Of a stretch of DNA of 64,000 nt, positions 1 through 16,390 are shown in pieces. The DNA is taken from positions 2,432,001-2,496,000 of the forward strand of contig CP086569.2 of NCBI GenBank assembly GCA_009914755.4. The letters run 5' to 3'. The DNA comes from the human T2T-CHM13v2.0 reference genome, Homo sapiens. Positions within the stretch are counted from its first letter, which is position 1; every line of letters begins with the position of its first letter. Position numbers and translations under genes: made by a program. The notes beneath the pieces are model-generated. The model was given only the letters and a program-made list of their open reading frames with translations, was not told where the DNA came from and did no database searches.

Positions 1-938
1 GGCAGCGGAATCTGAGCTGTCCTGTAGCTCTGTCTGGGAAGACTCCAGTGAGCATCCCGCTCTATCCCAAGCCTTGTCTTCTGAAAATCAGAATCATCCC
101 TCCTCCAAGTGTTACAGGAAAGGGGTCCGGATCCAGACGCCAAGACGGGGTTCTTGGATCTCGCTCCATAAAGAATTCAGGGCTAGTCTGTAAACTGAAA
201 ACAAGTTTATTAGGAAAGTAAAGGAATAAAAGAATGGCTATTCCGCAGAGCAGCTCTTAGAGCTACTGCTTGCCCATTTTTATGGTTATTTCTTAGTGAT
301 ATGCTAAGCAAGGCTTGGATTATTCATGCCTCCCCTTTTTAGACCATGCAGAGTTCCTGACATTGCCGTGGTATTTGTAATTGTCATGGTGCTGGTGGGA
401 GGGTAACACTGAGGACAACCAGAGGCCACTCTCATCACCATCTGGGTTTTGGTGGGTTCTGGCCGGCTTCTTTACTACCACCTGTTTTATCAGCTAGGTC
501 TTTATGACCTGTATCTTGTGCAGACCTTCAGTCTCATCCTGTGACTCAGAATGCCTTAATCATCTGGGAATGCAGCCCAGTAGGTTTCAGCCTTCTATTG
601 CCCAGCCCCTATTCAAGATGGAGTCGCTCTGGTTCCAGTGCCTCTGACACAAGTAGCGCCCCTTAGGGAGGTTACAGGAGGGACTGGAAGGAAAGTGAGG
701 TCTGGATCAGGGCCCTTCTGTGTAAATAAGATGATGTACATGCAGCAGCTGGGTATGTCCTGGGTAAAAATTAGTTAAATGCACAGACGACCCTGTTTCA
801 TCCCCAGCCATCACCAGCTGGAAATGGGGCACATTCCCAAGATCCCAAAAACATTCTGCAAGGCTGGTGCGATGATTGCTACGAAGTACTTAAGAAAACA
901 GATTATTGTTCAGGATCAATAGCTAATGCATGTGGGGC

Positions 939-1052
939 TTAATGCCTCTGTGACGGGTTGATGGGTGCAGCAAACCACCATGGCACATGTTTACCTATGT
1001 AACAAACCTGCACGTCCTGCACACGTATCCCGGAACTTAAAATAAAATAAAG
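939..1052 (+). mobile_element. L1 (L1P-type) 3'-terminal fragment
   Basis: 'ttaatgcctctgtgacgggttgatgggtgcagcaaaccaccatggcacatgtttacctatgtaacaaacctgcacgtcctgcacacgtatcccggaacttaaaataaaataaa' matches the extreme 3' UTR of primate L1. Confidence 0.7.
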
Positions 1053-2689
1053 AAGACAGAATATTGTTAATGGTTAATATGCTGTAAATCATTATGATGA
1101 TTACTAAATTATCAATACAAAAGAAGATAATAGCAAGACGGCCATATTCCTAATAGAGGTTGACATTTTAGCAGCCCTACATTTCCACTGTATTTAATTA
1201 GTATTTGCCGTCCAATCCAGAGGGGCATGAAGGAGTACGAGACAAAATCAGGTCTTCTAACAGCTGAGAAGAAGCTGAGAACCAGAAGTGGAAACCCCAA
1301 AGGGCAGTGTATGAAATGTCATTTATTGAGGGGAAAAAAAAGAAAATGACAGAGTTCGATAGAAGAAATAAGCACTAGTGTTTACATAATCAGTAGGGTG
1401 ACTTTAGTTTACAATAATCTATTGTAGACTTCAAAATAGAAGAGTCGGAATGGTTCTAATATGAAGGAAAGACAAATATTTAAGGTGGATGGATATCCCA
1501 AGTAGGCTGATTTGATCTTTACAAATTATATAAATGTATTAAATTATTACATGTACCCTGAAGCTATGTACATCTGTTATGCATCAATTAAAAATAAATT
1601 AAAAGAAAAGGATATATGTCCAGGATATACACCAGCTAAGACAGTCTCTTCCAAGTCTATTGTACATTATTCCCTTATCAGATTTGAAACCTGAGAGTTC
1701 CCTGACCCCCCCTCACAGGATGTGCAACAGGGGTGTGTTTGATCTGTTTGACCGCCACACACTGAAACCTCTTATGGGAGGCAGAACTTGCAGACGGGCA
1801 GGTGCAGCAGCTAGTGTGAGTGTTTTTGAGCTCTGGGCCCCACGGTAGCATCTAGGGATGGGTGCCTGCGACCCCCGAAGCCCTAGTGGGCGTTTTACGG
1901 TGCTCTTTTAGCTCTGCCATCCGCACGTGGCTTAAGTGTTAGCCAGCTCAGTGCCGTCTTGGTACCCGGGTTCTTGTCCAGCATCCAGGAAGAATCAGGT
2001 CACACGAACCAGCTGAAGGATGGTAAATGCAGAAGAGTTTGTTGCCAGATGGAGATGACTCTTAGCGGGATGGTTGGGGAGTTGGAAAGGGGATGGAGTG
2101 GGCAGATGATCTTCCCCTGGAGTTTGGTTGTCCTGCGGCTAATCTCTTCTCCAACCATCCCCAGCTGAACACCTCTCAGTGTTCAGATGTTCCTTCTCTT
2201 CTCTCCTTCTCTGCTGTGCTGCTCTTTGGTTCCTCACCTTTTCTGCTCATCTGTCTGTCTGCACATGGGGTCTGGGGTTTGGGGTTATATGGGTACAGGA
2301 CAGGCAGGCATGGTGGGTCAAAAGGCAACATTTGGGCACAAAAATAGGAATGCCTGTTTCCATTTAGGACTACAGGTTTCCAGGCTTGAGGGCGGGGCCT
2401 TTGCTGGGGAACTGCCCTCTTCTATCTAGTATCTTCAGGCCTCCTGTCCGTATCAACATGACTTAAAATGTGTGTGCATTTGTATAGAGCTGTGTTTCTA
2501 TGTAAAGACTAAAAAAGACTTATGAAAAAGATCACTCAGAGCTCTGAACAGTAGCAAATCATATTTCTGAGTACTTCCTGTTGAGTAAAGGTAAGTGAGG
2601 ATTGTGCCAAGTATTTTTCATTACTTGCTGCATTAGGTTGTCACAGGCTGTTTAGTTTACTTCTAAAAATTGGGATATGGGGAAGTTGT

Positions 2690-2992
2690 GGGCCGGGCAC
2701 AGTGGCTCATGTTTGTAATCCCAGCAGTTTGGGAGGCCGAGTTGGGCAGATCACTTGAGGTCAGGAGTTTGAGACCAGCCTGGCCAACATGGCAGAACGC
2801 TGTTTCTACTAAAAATACAAAAATTAGCCAGGCATGGTGGGGGGTGTCTGTAATCCCAGCTATTCAGGAGGCTGAGACAGGAGAATCGCTTGAACCCAGG
2901 AGGCGGAGGTTGCAATCAGCTGAGATCATACCACTGCACTCCAGCCTGGGTGACAGAGTAAGACTCCATCTCAAAAAAAAAAAAAAAAAAGG
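2690..2992 (+). mobile_element. Alu SINE (full length)
   Basis: ggccgggcacagtggctcatgtttgtaatcccagcagtttgggaggccgag ... gcctgggtgacagagtaagactccatctc plus a poly-A tail. Confidence 0.9.
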
Positions 2993-3814
2993 AAAAAAAA
3001 GTTATGATGATCGCCTAAGGTGAGAAGCCATACCACGCCAGCGTACAGAACCCCAAACCACGCCAGCCTCATCCTACGTCTCAGTTATATTTTTCTTGAC
3101 TTGCTTCCATTCCGGTGCCCCCTCTCTCCCTGCCCCCTCCTTCCCTGCAAAGGATCTAGCAAATTTGTAGGTGTGGAAAGGGAACCACAAATGGGTCATT
3201 TCCCTGCCATTGTCACCTGGAGCGTGTAGCCATTTCGTGCAGTGATTCTCTGTCTTTGATGTGCAGGTCATCACCTTGAAGGGAGGAGGTATTAAAAGCG
3301 CCACCCAGTCCCCACCCACTGAGGTCTTTATTCAGCAGGTGTGGGTCAGGCATTTGGGAGCTGGGAGACCTGCATTTTAAGAAGCACCCCAGGTGATGCC
3401 CAAGCGGAGCTATGTGCTTCTTTTAAGAGATGATGACTCCGTGTGCAACCGTGTGGTTACCTTTGCGTGGAGTCTCATGGATCACTGCCACAGTGGGGAG
3501 GCAGCTCTGTGCTCTCCAATTCGGTGATGTGTCATTCACTCTATGCAGGCCCAAGGTGACACCCCCAGATACAGGTGCTGCCATCCAGCCATTCTCAACC
3601 AGGGATCATGTTTATCCACAGGGACACTTGTCGATATCTTGAGGCTTTGCGTTGCCACACTGATAGCAGGGATGCTGCTGGCATCTAGTGGGTGGAGCCC
3701 AGGGATGCTGGTCAACACCCTGCAGTGCACAGGACGCCCCACAGAAAAGAATGATCCAACCTCATATGTCAGTAGGACTGAGGCTGAGGAATCTTGCCTT
3801 AGCATGAGAGATCC

Positions 3815-4090
3815 TGTCTGTCTGTCTGCCTATCTCTAGATCTATCTATCGTCTACCATTATCCATCGACCTATCTGTCTCTATTATATACACCTATCAT
3901 CTACCTAATCTATCTGTCAATGATTTTCTGTCATCTATTATCTATCTATTTATCTATCTATCTTTCTACCTACTTCTCTATCCAACTCTCATCTCTATTA
4001 CCTATCTATGTATCTATGTATCTATCTATGTATCTATCCATCCATCTATCAATCTATCTATTTATCTAGCAGTCCATCATCTATCTATGA
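3815..4090. repeat. Degenerate compound tetranucleotide microsatellite (TCTA/TATC/TCCA)n, about 275 bp
   Basis: ...tctgtctgtctgcctatctctagatctatctatcgtctacc...tctattatctatctatttatctatctatctttctacc...tatctatgtatctatgtatctatctatgtatctatccatccatctatcaatctatctatttatctagc... Confidence 0.85.
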
Positions 4091-4364
4091 CATTCTTCTG
4101 CTACCCTGGGATAACTGTGTTCCTCAAGTAACACTTGGCAATGTCTGGAAACAATTTTGGTAGTTGCACTGGGATGGGTGTTCTCGCATTCGGTGGGTGG
4201 AGACAAGGCATGTTGTTCAACACCTTACAGTGCACAGGACAGCACCCATGACAGAGAGTTACGCAGCCCCAAGTGTCATTAGTGCTGTAGTGGAGAACCT
4301 GCTGTTAGTTATAACTTCTAACCCTGCGAAAGGGGACAGGTTGGAAATGTCATGCTCCTGTACG

Positions 4365-4445
4365 CTGTAGGAGGTATAGTTGTCTGGAGGTATAGTTGTC
4401 TGGAGGTATAGTTGTCCTGTACAGTATAGGAGGTACGGTATAGTT
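4365..4445. repeat. 17-bp tandem repeat (ggaggtatagttgtctg) of about 4 copies
   Basis: ggaggtatagttgtctggaggtatagttgtctggaggtatagttgtcctgtacagtataggaggtacggtatagttgtctgg. Confidence 0.85.
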
Positions 4446-4859
4446 GTCTGGGCATTTCTAAATGGATCTTACTGTCAGAATGCACTTGTAGGATCTTTTC
4501 CCCATAGGGCATAGAGCCATGGCACATATAACCCAGAAGCTGAGCATTCCATAGTTTCCTTCTTGGAGTAGGAAGGGGCTGTGCAGAAAAAGTCTATGGC
4601 TGTTTGGCACCTGAGTGTGAAGACATCTGGCAAATATTGGAGCCAATTAGCAGACAAGCACGGAGTCCAAGAAATGTCTCCCCTTTCTTGGATAACAACT
4701 GACCCTTCCTGTGAGGGCCCCCCTCATTCCAGCCATTTTCCTCTTTCTCATTGGCACACAGGGGGTAGAAAAGTGGGGTTCTGCCTGCAGGTGGGGCTCT
4801 GCCAGACACGGCAAAGCTCCTGGGGATTCCCCCGATGGATCAGGGGCCAGAGGCACCTA

Positions 4860-5190
<331 letters not shown>

Positions 5191-5249
5191 GAAGAGTATT
5201 ATTGAGAGCGTAGGCCAGGCGCGTGATGTTGCTGAGATGAAACTGTCTC

Positions 5250-6910
<1,661 letters not shown>

Positions 6911-8013
6911 AACTCTGGGAAGCCATTACCAAGTCTCTGTCCTGCAAAGTGAGATCCATGGATCTGCAGCCTTGACATCCCCTGGGAGCTGATGAGAAAC
7001 ACTGTGTCTTGGGCCCAGACAGACCTGCTGAAGCATAGTCTGTGTGTCACCCATGTCCTGAGGGATCCGTGTGCATGCCACTCTGGGAAGACGGGTTTAT
7101 AACACACCGTCAACCAGTGCCTCATTGCATGGTCTGCGGTATTTTCCTCGAGTTTTCCTTGCACCAAAGATGTCTTGCTTTTTGTGATGAATGATCATTC
7201 CTTCCTCTTCGACGACAAAATACTTCGATCTCTGCAGACACCGTCTGTTGGGTTACAGACAGACACTGAGGCCTGAATTCTCATTACCAATGTCTGCTCT
7301 AATAGAGCTTCAATCTGCAACTGCATAATATGGTCACTGGGAAGTCAAGAACGGGGCCAGTTGGTTGACCTTCTGGGGAGAGGCTGGGCTGCTTGGATGC
7401 TGAGACCGTGGAGGGTTCATGGGTTCCGAGGAGCAGATCATGCACCAGGGCGGCCTGCTCAGCTCTGGTGTCTGCAGCCCCGGTGAGCTTGAGCATTAGG
7501 GAGTCCCTGGATATTCATGTTGAGGTGTGGAGGAGGAGACTCCAGCTGTGTTTGATTTCCTGTCCTGCTGGAAATATAAACTTCTTAACCAATTAGAGAA
7601 CAGAATGGATTTCATCTTATCCATGGGGCTAAAGTAGAATTCAGCCCTTGGCAAACAAGCCCCCCGGGAATAAGATTCCCCATTGGGGCAGCAGCCTTCC
7701 TTGTCACTTTCTGTTGCAACCTGCGGTCCTAACCTAGTCATATGATTTAATTTTTTTTACTCTGTGAATCATGCCGTCCTGGGAGAGAGTGAGATGGAGC
7801 AAGGACAACCCTCTTAGGGGCCTGCCAGGCACTCTCCCTAGCATGGAAATAAAGGAAAACCTTGAGTTCCTTCAAGGGAAATTCCAGGCACCTCGCTGGC
7901 CTTGAGAAGTACATGGAGCAGCTTGATAAGCAAGAAGGTGATTGTAGTGTAGAACAATAGCCAAGGAAGTTAGAGCCTCAATATGTTTAGTTTCCTGTAA
8001 AGACTAAAGATAA

Positions 8014-8310
<297 letters not shown>

Positions 8311-8329
8311 TAACATCTTACTATATGGC

Positions 8330-9360
8330 CCTGAGTTGATTTTCAGGAACCCAGACCCCCACCAAATAAAAAATGCCATCTGCTGGCTCATAGACGTTGG
8401 GTAAGAGAAACTGAGGCCTGAATTCTCATTACAAATGTTTGTTCTAAATTCCTTCCCTGGGGCATGTGGCGGTGGGAGGGGGGTGGAAGGGGGGTGAGGG
8501 GAGGTGCTGGAGGAAGTCACACCAATGGCCACAACTAACATTGATTTCTGCTGACCCCAAATGCTCAGACAAACTTGGCCTCCTTAACCAATGACAAATC
8601 AGAGAAACTTTGAATCCACATTAAGCCCCTGCTTCCAGGTATCCCGCCTTTTTAGATCAAAGCAATGTATAGCCTGCATGTATTATGGCTTTGCCTGTAA
8701 CCTCTGCCTCCTTGCCATTGAAAACCCTCAGCTACTGGCCACCCAGGAGGTTGGGTCTTGAGGCATCAAGGAGGTTGCTTGATGCCCTCTAAATAGCTCG
8801 GAATAAACGCCTCACTTCCTCACGCTGCAATCCCAATGGCGGTGTTCGGCTTTACTGCACAGGGCCGGTGGACCTAAGTTGAGGTAGTGGGAGGTGTTCG
8901 AACCAGGGCAACTCCAGGTTGAGTAGGGGCTGTGTAAAATGAGGCCGAGAGCTGCCGGGCTGCATTCCCAGATGGTCAAGGCATTCTAAGGCACAGGATG
9001 AGATAGGAGGTTGACACAAGAAACAAGTCATAAAGACCTTGCTGATGAAACAGCTTGCCGTAAAGAAGTCGGCCAAATTTTACCAAATCCAAGATGGCGA
9101 CGAGAGTGACCTCGGGTGGTCCTCACTGGTGTCTTCCCACCAGCACCATGACAGTTTACAAATGCCACGGCAATGTCAGGAAGTTACCCTATATGGTCTA
9201 AAAAGAGGAGGCATGAATGGGCCACTCCTTGTTTAGCATATCCTCAAGAAAGAACCATACAAATGGGCAACCAGTGGCCCTCGGGGCTGCTCCGTCTATG
9301 GAGGAGCCATTCTTTATTCCTCTGCTTTTCTAATAAACTTGCTTTCATTTTATGGACTCG
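8330..9360 (+). repeat. LTR-like sequence(s) with CCAAT/TATA-like motifs and AATAAA signals (possible ERV solo LTR remnants); unclassified
   Basis: ...ccttaaccaatgacaaatcag...ccctctaaatagctcggaataaacgcctcacttcctcacgctgcaatccc... (about 8560-8850), and again ...ccattctttattcctctgcttttctaataaacttgctttcattttatggactcg (about 9300-9360). I could not assign a family by eye. Confidence 0.25.
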
Positions 9361-9752
9361 CCGCAAATTCTTTCTTGTGCAAGGTCCAAGAACCCTGTCC
9401 TGGGGTCTGATTCCAGACCTCTTTCCGGTCACAAGTTCAGTCACAAGAACCATTATCATATGCTTTCTATATATACACATAGGTATTTTTTAATTGCTGA
9501 ACTGGAGTCAAAGAGAAACCTTAGGATTTGCCTGAAGGAAGTCAAGATTTGTCCTTCTCGGGGTCCCTGTGCCAGCTTTGTAAAACCTCGGAACTTTCCC
9601 CTCTGTGGGCTTCCTCAAGCTGAGGAGGGCTCTATGGGCTTAGTACCCACTAAGTGGCTTCATCTGCAGCAGCTGACCCAAGAAAGTTGATTTAAATGAA
9701 CCCACACTTCAGAGGAAACCAGTACAATCCGATGTAAAGAAATAAAAAATAG

Positions 9753-10060
9753 GCCGGGGGCGGTGGCTCATGCCTGTAATTACAGCACTTTGGGAGGCCG
9801 AGGCGGGTGAATCACTTCATGCCAGGAGTTCAAGACCATCCTGGCCAACATGGTGAAACCCCGTCATTACTAAAAACACAAAAATTACCTGGGCGTAGTG
9901 GCATGCACCTGTAGTCCCAGCTACTCAGGAGACTGAGGCACTAGAAGCGCTCGAACCAGGGAGGCAGGGGTTGTAGTGAGCCGAGAGTGCGCCATTGCAC
10001 TGCAGCCTGGGCAACATAGTGAGATTCTTTATCCAAAAAAAAAAAAAAAAAAAAAAAAAA
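9753..10060 (+). mobile_element. Alu SINE
   Basis: aggccgggggcggtggctcatgcctgtaattacagcactttgggaggccgaggcgggtgaatcac ... gcctgggcaacatagtgagattctttatcc poly-A(26). Confidence 0.9.
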
Positions 10061-10413
10061 GGCTAGGCACGGCGGCTCATGCCTGTAATCTCCGCACTTT
10101 GGGAGGCCAAGGTGGGTGGATCACGAGGTCAGGAGTTTGAGACCAGGCTGGCCAACATGGTGAAACCCCATCTCTACTAAAAATAAAAAAAATTGGTTGG
10201 GCATAGTAGGGGGCGCCTGTAATCCCAGCTACTCAGGAGGCTGAGGCAGGCAGGAGAATCAATTGAACCTGGGGGGCAGAGGTTGCAGTGAACAGAGATT
10301 GCGCCATTGCACTGCAGCCTGGGCAACATAGTGAGGTTCTGTATGAGAGAAAGAGAGAAAGAGGGAGGGAGGGAAGGAAGGAAGGAAGGAAGGAAGGAAG
10401 GAAACAATTGCTT
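10061..10413 (+). mobile_element. Alu SINE abutting the previous Alu, with a (GA)n/(GGAA)n tail
   Basis: ggctaggcacggcggctcatgcctgtaatctccgcactttgggaggccaaggtgggtggatcacgaggtcaggagtttgagacc ... followed by a gagagaaagagagaaagagggagggagggaaggaaggaa... tail. Confidence 0.85.
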
Positions 10414-11080
10414 GAAAGGGCTTTGTTTCACCAGGGCACGCAGATCAAAGGACATTGGATTGAATAATGAAACAGAAGAGCCTGTCTGAATTTACTAATG
10501 TGGTTGCACGTCCCGTAATGATTGCAGTTGGCTCTAATTCAGTTCCGTGGTGTATAAATTCTGCTGGCAATAGCTGTAATTGGGGTCAGGGATTTAGATA
10601 GTCTCTGTGTGTTCCTTTTCATTTTCTGCTCAGAGCCTGCTGGGAGCTGATTTTCTTCTTTAAAGCGAGGTAAATAATTCAGTGGGGAGCAGAGGTTTTG
10701 CTGTGGGTCCATTGCTCTCCTGTGCTGCGTGGCAGCTGTGCTGGTGGCAGCTAATATTCAGTGGGCAGTGGCCTCGACATTGCATTATTATTCGAGCAAT
10801 GGTACTGTTCTTTGCTTTGCAAAATTGCTGTTTGTTATATTGACTTTCTGGGGTCGTGGCCCCTGAAGCATTACTGAAAATCATGGACATGAAGCAGATT
10901 TATTAACTGGAGAAAAGACATACAAATGTATTTAATGTGTATACACGGGAGCATTCAGAATGAAGACCCCAAGTTACAAGGGGAGATTGTCTATATTTAT
11001 GCTTTGGTTCATCCAAGTCTGGACAGCTGTGTAGAAATAGGGTTGGACAAAAAGGGCCTGATCCAATGCTAATGGCCTGA

Positions 11081-11851
<771 letters not shown>

Positions 11852-13472
11852 TGTGCCACTCTTTATACAGATAGGATAGAGGGAAAGTTAGATTCCTGTT
11901 TTTAGGTTTTATGGCTGGCTTCGGGGGGAAAGGCGTTCTTGTTTCTGGGACCCGTCTTGGGGAAGAGGGATTCTAGTTCCTTCGGTGCCTTAGGGGAGAA
12001 TGGGACTCAGAGACATGGGGGCTGGAGAAGTTCCGAGAGAAACTTCTGCTTCTGAGGCTGCTGCTGAGGCCTGCACTTGGCGGTATTGTTTCGTAAGCCT
12101 GAACCACGTGCAGGTCTGAATCAACATAAAGAATTTGGGTGGGAGGCAGGGGAACTCCAATAAGAAGCATCTTTGAATCCGGCAGGGGTGGAATTTGGGT
12201 CCCAGAGGGGTTTGGTGACTGCAGGCTACAGAAGAATGCTTCAAAGTGCTGTATCACATGGCTTTGCTCCGAAGGGTCCCGAGCACAGCTTTACCGGGGG
12301 CTCATGTGTAACGCTCGGCCCACCCATCCACCAACAGGAGCCACTTAATCGACATCTCCAGGATGCCAGCAACCGAGGACCGTTGTCATAGTCCCAGCAC
12401 AAAATGAGGCTGCTTTCTTCTTGGGGGTTTAGGGATCCCAGACCACAAGGATTTGATTAAAAGCCGCTCAGTTCACTAACTATAAGCAAAGCAAATCAGA
12501 AATAGATCTCCTGTTCCTGCCCCGTCTTATGTTCCCAGTGGAAAATAAACCCCGTGAAAGCAATGGCGTCATGTGCAACCCGACCTTGGAGACAGAGACC
12601 CCAGAGTTAGCGTTGTCTACCTGGGACATCTCCCAGCCCAGGGGTCTTACTCCAGACCCGTGAGGACCCCAGGCGTGGCTTTGCTGCAACTTCCCTGGAG
12701 AGGAGAGAGGACAGGGGGCCCTGCCTGGGAGATAGATTTGCTGCCTGGCATGCGGGACTGGAGACTGTCTCAGTGCCCAGGCCGTCTGATGCTGGCCGGA
12801 GTCCGCCTGGTTTATGTAACGAGGTCTGGATGTGACCAACAACGGCCTCGTGTGTGTGAGTCACGCGTGCAGCAACTTCTGGCTGTAGTGCAACCCCTGA
12901 AACCAAGCAAAGCCTAAAGCCCCCAGGCTCCACTTCCTCTGTGACCCTCCCCACCCCCAATTCCTGTCATCTCTCAGGGTCATCCGGAGCATCTCAAAGC
13001 TGAAGGAGCCTCCGCTGCAACCTGGCCTCCTGCTGCAGGATGAGACGAGCTGTCTGCAGCCCTCCCGTGCCACCTGCCTGTTTTATGCAACAGCATTTCA
13101 GAGAGGAGGGACTGGGAGGGGAGAGACAACACCGAGGCCTTTGGTTATTTAGGGCAACAGCAGGGAGTGGCCGGGTGCACAGATTGGAGGAGATTAAGTG
13201 GTTGCTGAGGGGATGCCTGGGATTGCTGGGATGGGCGGAGACATAACACAGTGAAAGATATTGGTCAACGGCGAACACAGATTGGAATGTAAATTCTCAG
13301 GGTGTGTGCATAGCCGGGACGCTTAACTTTGGCGTCCTGGACAGGTGTCTCGACTGGAACTGCTGGCAGCCTTGGAGGGGAGATGTTGCACAGATCCAAG
13401 AGGCTGACACGGTTCCTGTCCCCCAGCCCAGTCTGAGCAGCTTGGACCATGATGATCAAGAGCGCTGGAGGA

Positions 13473-13790
13473 GGCCAGGTGCGGTGGCTCACGCCTGTAA
13501 TCCCAGCACTTTGGGAGGCCAAGGCAGGTGGGTCACTTGAGGTCAGGAGTTCGAGACCAGCCTGGCCAACATGGTGAAACCCTGTCTCTACTGAAAATAC
13601 AAAAGTTAGCTGGGCGTGATGGCATGCACCTGTAATCCCAGTTACTCAGACGGCTGAGGCACAAGAATCGTTTGAACCCAGGAGGTGGGAGTTGCAGTGG
13701 GCTGAGATTGTGCCACTGCACTCCAGCCTAGGCGACAGAGAGAGACGCCATCTAAAAACAAAACAAACAAAAAGAAAACAACAATAAAGA
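13473..13790 (+). mobile_element. Alu SINE with an A-rich (CAAAA)n tail
   Basis: ggccaggtgcggtggctcacgcctgtaatcccagcactttgggaggccaaggcaggtgggtcacttgaggtcaggagttcgagaccagcctggccaacatggtgaaaccc ... tail aaaacaaaacaaacaaaaagaaaac. Confidence 0.9.
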
Positions 13791-15149
13791 AAAAATAAGA
13801 AGAGAGCTGGATGGAGCAAAGATTTGCTGGGTTGTTCTTAAAGGCGAGCCTGTAGTGATCGCTGGTAACAGAGAACGTCATCTGAGAGGGACGTGGGGGC
13901 TCCCAGAGTTTGAGAGAAACGGCCGTGTGGGATTTGACCTGTGATGGCACCGCCAGCTCCCAGCCTCCAGTCTGGGCCCAGGGGCAGCTGCTGTGTGCAC
14001 CCTGGGCTCAGAGTTCCCCTTCCCTCCAAGGTTTGTGACTTTGTCCTGACTTAGGGATTCCTGTCTGGGGATGCGTCTTCTGCTCCGGAGAGGCCCTAAT
14101 TGCCTCCACAAGGAGCGGCAAAGCCTGCCCGGGTGGCATCTGACTGGAGCCATGCCACAGCCTATACGAATCTATGTTGGAGCCCTTGAACCTTCCCCCA
14201 GAGCAAGCGTCACCGAGGCAGACCGATTTTTGGGAGGGAGACAGACATCAGAGCGGGGGAGACCCAGTACCTAGGGCTCACCTGGTTCCCCCAGGCTTAG
14301 CCTCCTCCAGGGCTTAGTGTTTGAGTGAGAGATTGTCCCCCCTGGACAATTCTGTAGATTCTGACTCTGCTCCTGCCTTGCCCTGAACTTCCCAGAACCT
14401 CAGTTTCTTCCTTTGGGAAATATGCATGCTGGTCATACCAACATCCTTGGGTGGGCAGATGAGACTCTTGGGTGCCTGGCATTACTGCAACAGAACTCAA
14501 TGCATAGTAAGTGCTGACTCAATGTGCTCCTGGCTGCATCCTCTACTTCCTGATAAATTCTCTGGTGGTGTTTTCTCTACAAGGCTAGTACTGGCAGGGG
14601 CAAGTGAGGAACAAGATCAAGGTGTGCATATATGTCAGCAAGAGGGACCCTTCACCCTCACAAATTCTGCAGTGTGTTTTTAATGATGTGTCCCAAAGAT
14701 GTGAATGTTCTCTTCTCTCTGCTGCAGACACATTCATTAGATTAACTGCTTTTGGATCAGGTAGGAACCTCAGCTTGTCCACACAGGTTGCTTCCTGACC
14801 CTGTATTTGTCAGTGTAGGCTAGCTGCTATAACAAACAGCCCCCAAAGAATTAAAAGTTTATCTCTTGTTTGTGTTGCAGCCAGGTGAGGTGGCAAAGGT
14901 GTCCTATGCTCCATATAGTCTCTCAGGCATCCAGGACCCTCACATTGTTGTGCTTCACCTTCTTCTAGGGCAGCCCCTCTCAACCTAGACTCTGTGCGTG
15001 TGTGGAGGGGTGGGGGGGGCGTTGGGGGGCGGGGATATGCCTGTCCTAAGCTGTGAGTGGGACAGTCCAGGAGAGAAGTCTATGTGCTTGGAGAGAGGCT
15101 TCCTTCAAAGTTTCCTGGCCATGAGCAGGAATGAAGCTCTGACACAGGT

Positions 15150-15440
15150 TGCAACGTGAACGCAACTCAAGAGCATCATGCTCAATGAAAGAAGCCAGGC
15201 ACAAAATACCACATATTGTAGAATTCTATTTATAAGAAATTTGCAGAACAGACAATTCATGGAGACAGAAAGTGGATAGTGGTTGTCAGGGGCTGGGGAG
15301 GCGGGAGGGGAACTAACTGCTGAATGGGGACAGGGGTCTTCTTTTGGGTGATGAGTATGCTCTGGGACTAGGTGGAGGTGGTGGTTGCATCTCCCATGTA
15401 GCTCATGGTCAGGTTAGTTTTAGTGCTCTGGGCGACCCTA
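15150..15440 (+). mobile_element. Ancient L1 (L1M-type) 3'-end fragment
   Basis: atgctcaatgaaagaagccaggcacaaaataccacatattgtag...gacagaaagtggatagtggttgtcaggggctggggaggcgggagggg...tctgggactaggtggaggtggtggttgcatctcccatgtag is the typical 3' terminus of mammalian-wide L1. Confidence 0.7.
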
Positions 15441-15536
15441 GGCTTGCAGGAGGAGGGGAGCAGCATGAGGTGAGGAACAAGGGGGATTCTGGCCTTTCCA
15501 TCATGGGGTGACTTATGCCCTGTTTGCTCCCAATAG

Positions 15537-15578
15537 GTCAAAGAGACTTTGATTTGGCAGATGCCCTTGATGACCCTG
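15537..15578 (+). CDS. XG: XG blood group gene exon 2 (pseudoautosomal part), encoding (G)QRDFDLADALDDP
   Basis: Acceptor 'tgtttgctcccaatag|GTCAAAGAGACTTTGATTTGGCAGATGCCCTTGATGACCCTG|gtaagt' donor. The translation GQRDFDLADALDDP matches XG residues about 21-34 (MESWWGLPCLAFLCFLMHARGQRDFDLADALDDPEPTKKPNS...). The 42-nt exon is typical of the XG/CD99 family of tiny exons. Confidence 0.7.
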
Positions 15579-15829
15579 GTAAGTGCCGATATTTCAAGGG
15601 GAGCCTTCCCTTTTCAGCTTGGATCTAACAGCATCAGCTGTATAGTTACTTTGGGGTTGGATTGGGCCAGTGTTGGGAATTTCTTGGTCTTGAGATCTCT
15701 GTTCTTTGCAGGAGATTGCAGACACCTTGAGACAAACCTTTACACACTCTCTAAAAGTCTCAGACTCATTTCTTGGTAGGTCTGTGCTTCTAAACCTGTG
15801 GTTTAGGAATATGCTAGTATTTTATTATT

Positions 15830-16390
<561 letters not shown>

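Noticed and set aside
2670-3023. Numerous 60-125-aa ORFs inside Alu elements (e.g. 2670..3023, 8023..8313, 11406..11738, 20486..20800, 24448..24825, 45566..45910), often containing ...[10 protein letters not shown].../...[11 protein letters not shown]... peptides
   Set aside because: These are the well-known spurious reading frames of Alu SINEs. The same peptides recur in every Alu in either orientation.
8330-9360. Possible ERV provirus (two LTR-like blocks with AATAAA about 500 bp apart)
   Set aside because: No gag/pol/env-like ORFs or PBS/PPT lie between them, and the two blocks are not clearly alignable as 5' and 3' LTRs by eye. At most these are degraded solo-LTR fragments, kept only as a low-confidence repeat feature.
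12480-13278. Overlapping 94-120-aa ORFs on both strands in a moderately GC-rich block of XG intron 1
   Set aside because: Mutually overlapping frames on opposite strands are typical of GC-rich non-coding DNA. No homology is recognised and no splice-site structure was found. The CpG density is modest, so there is no basis to call a gene or CpG island.
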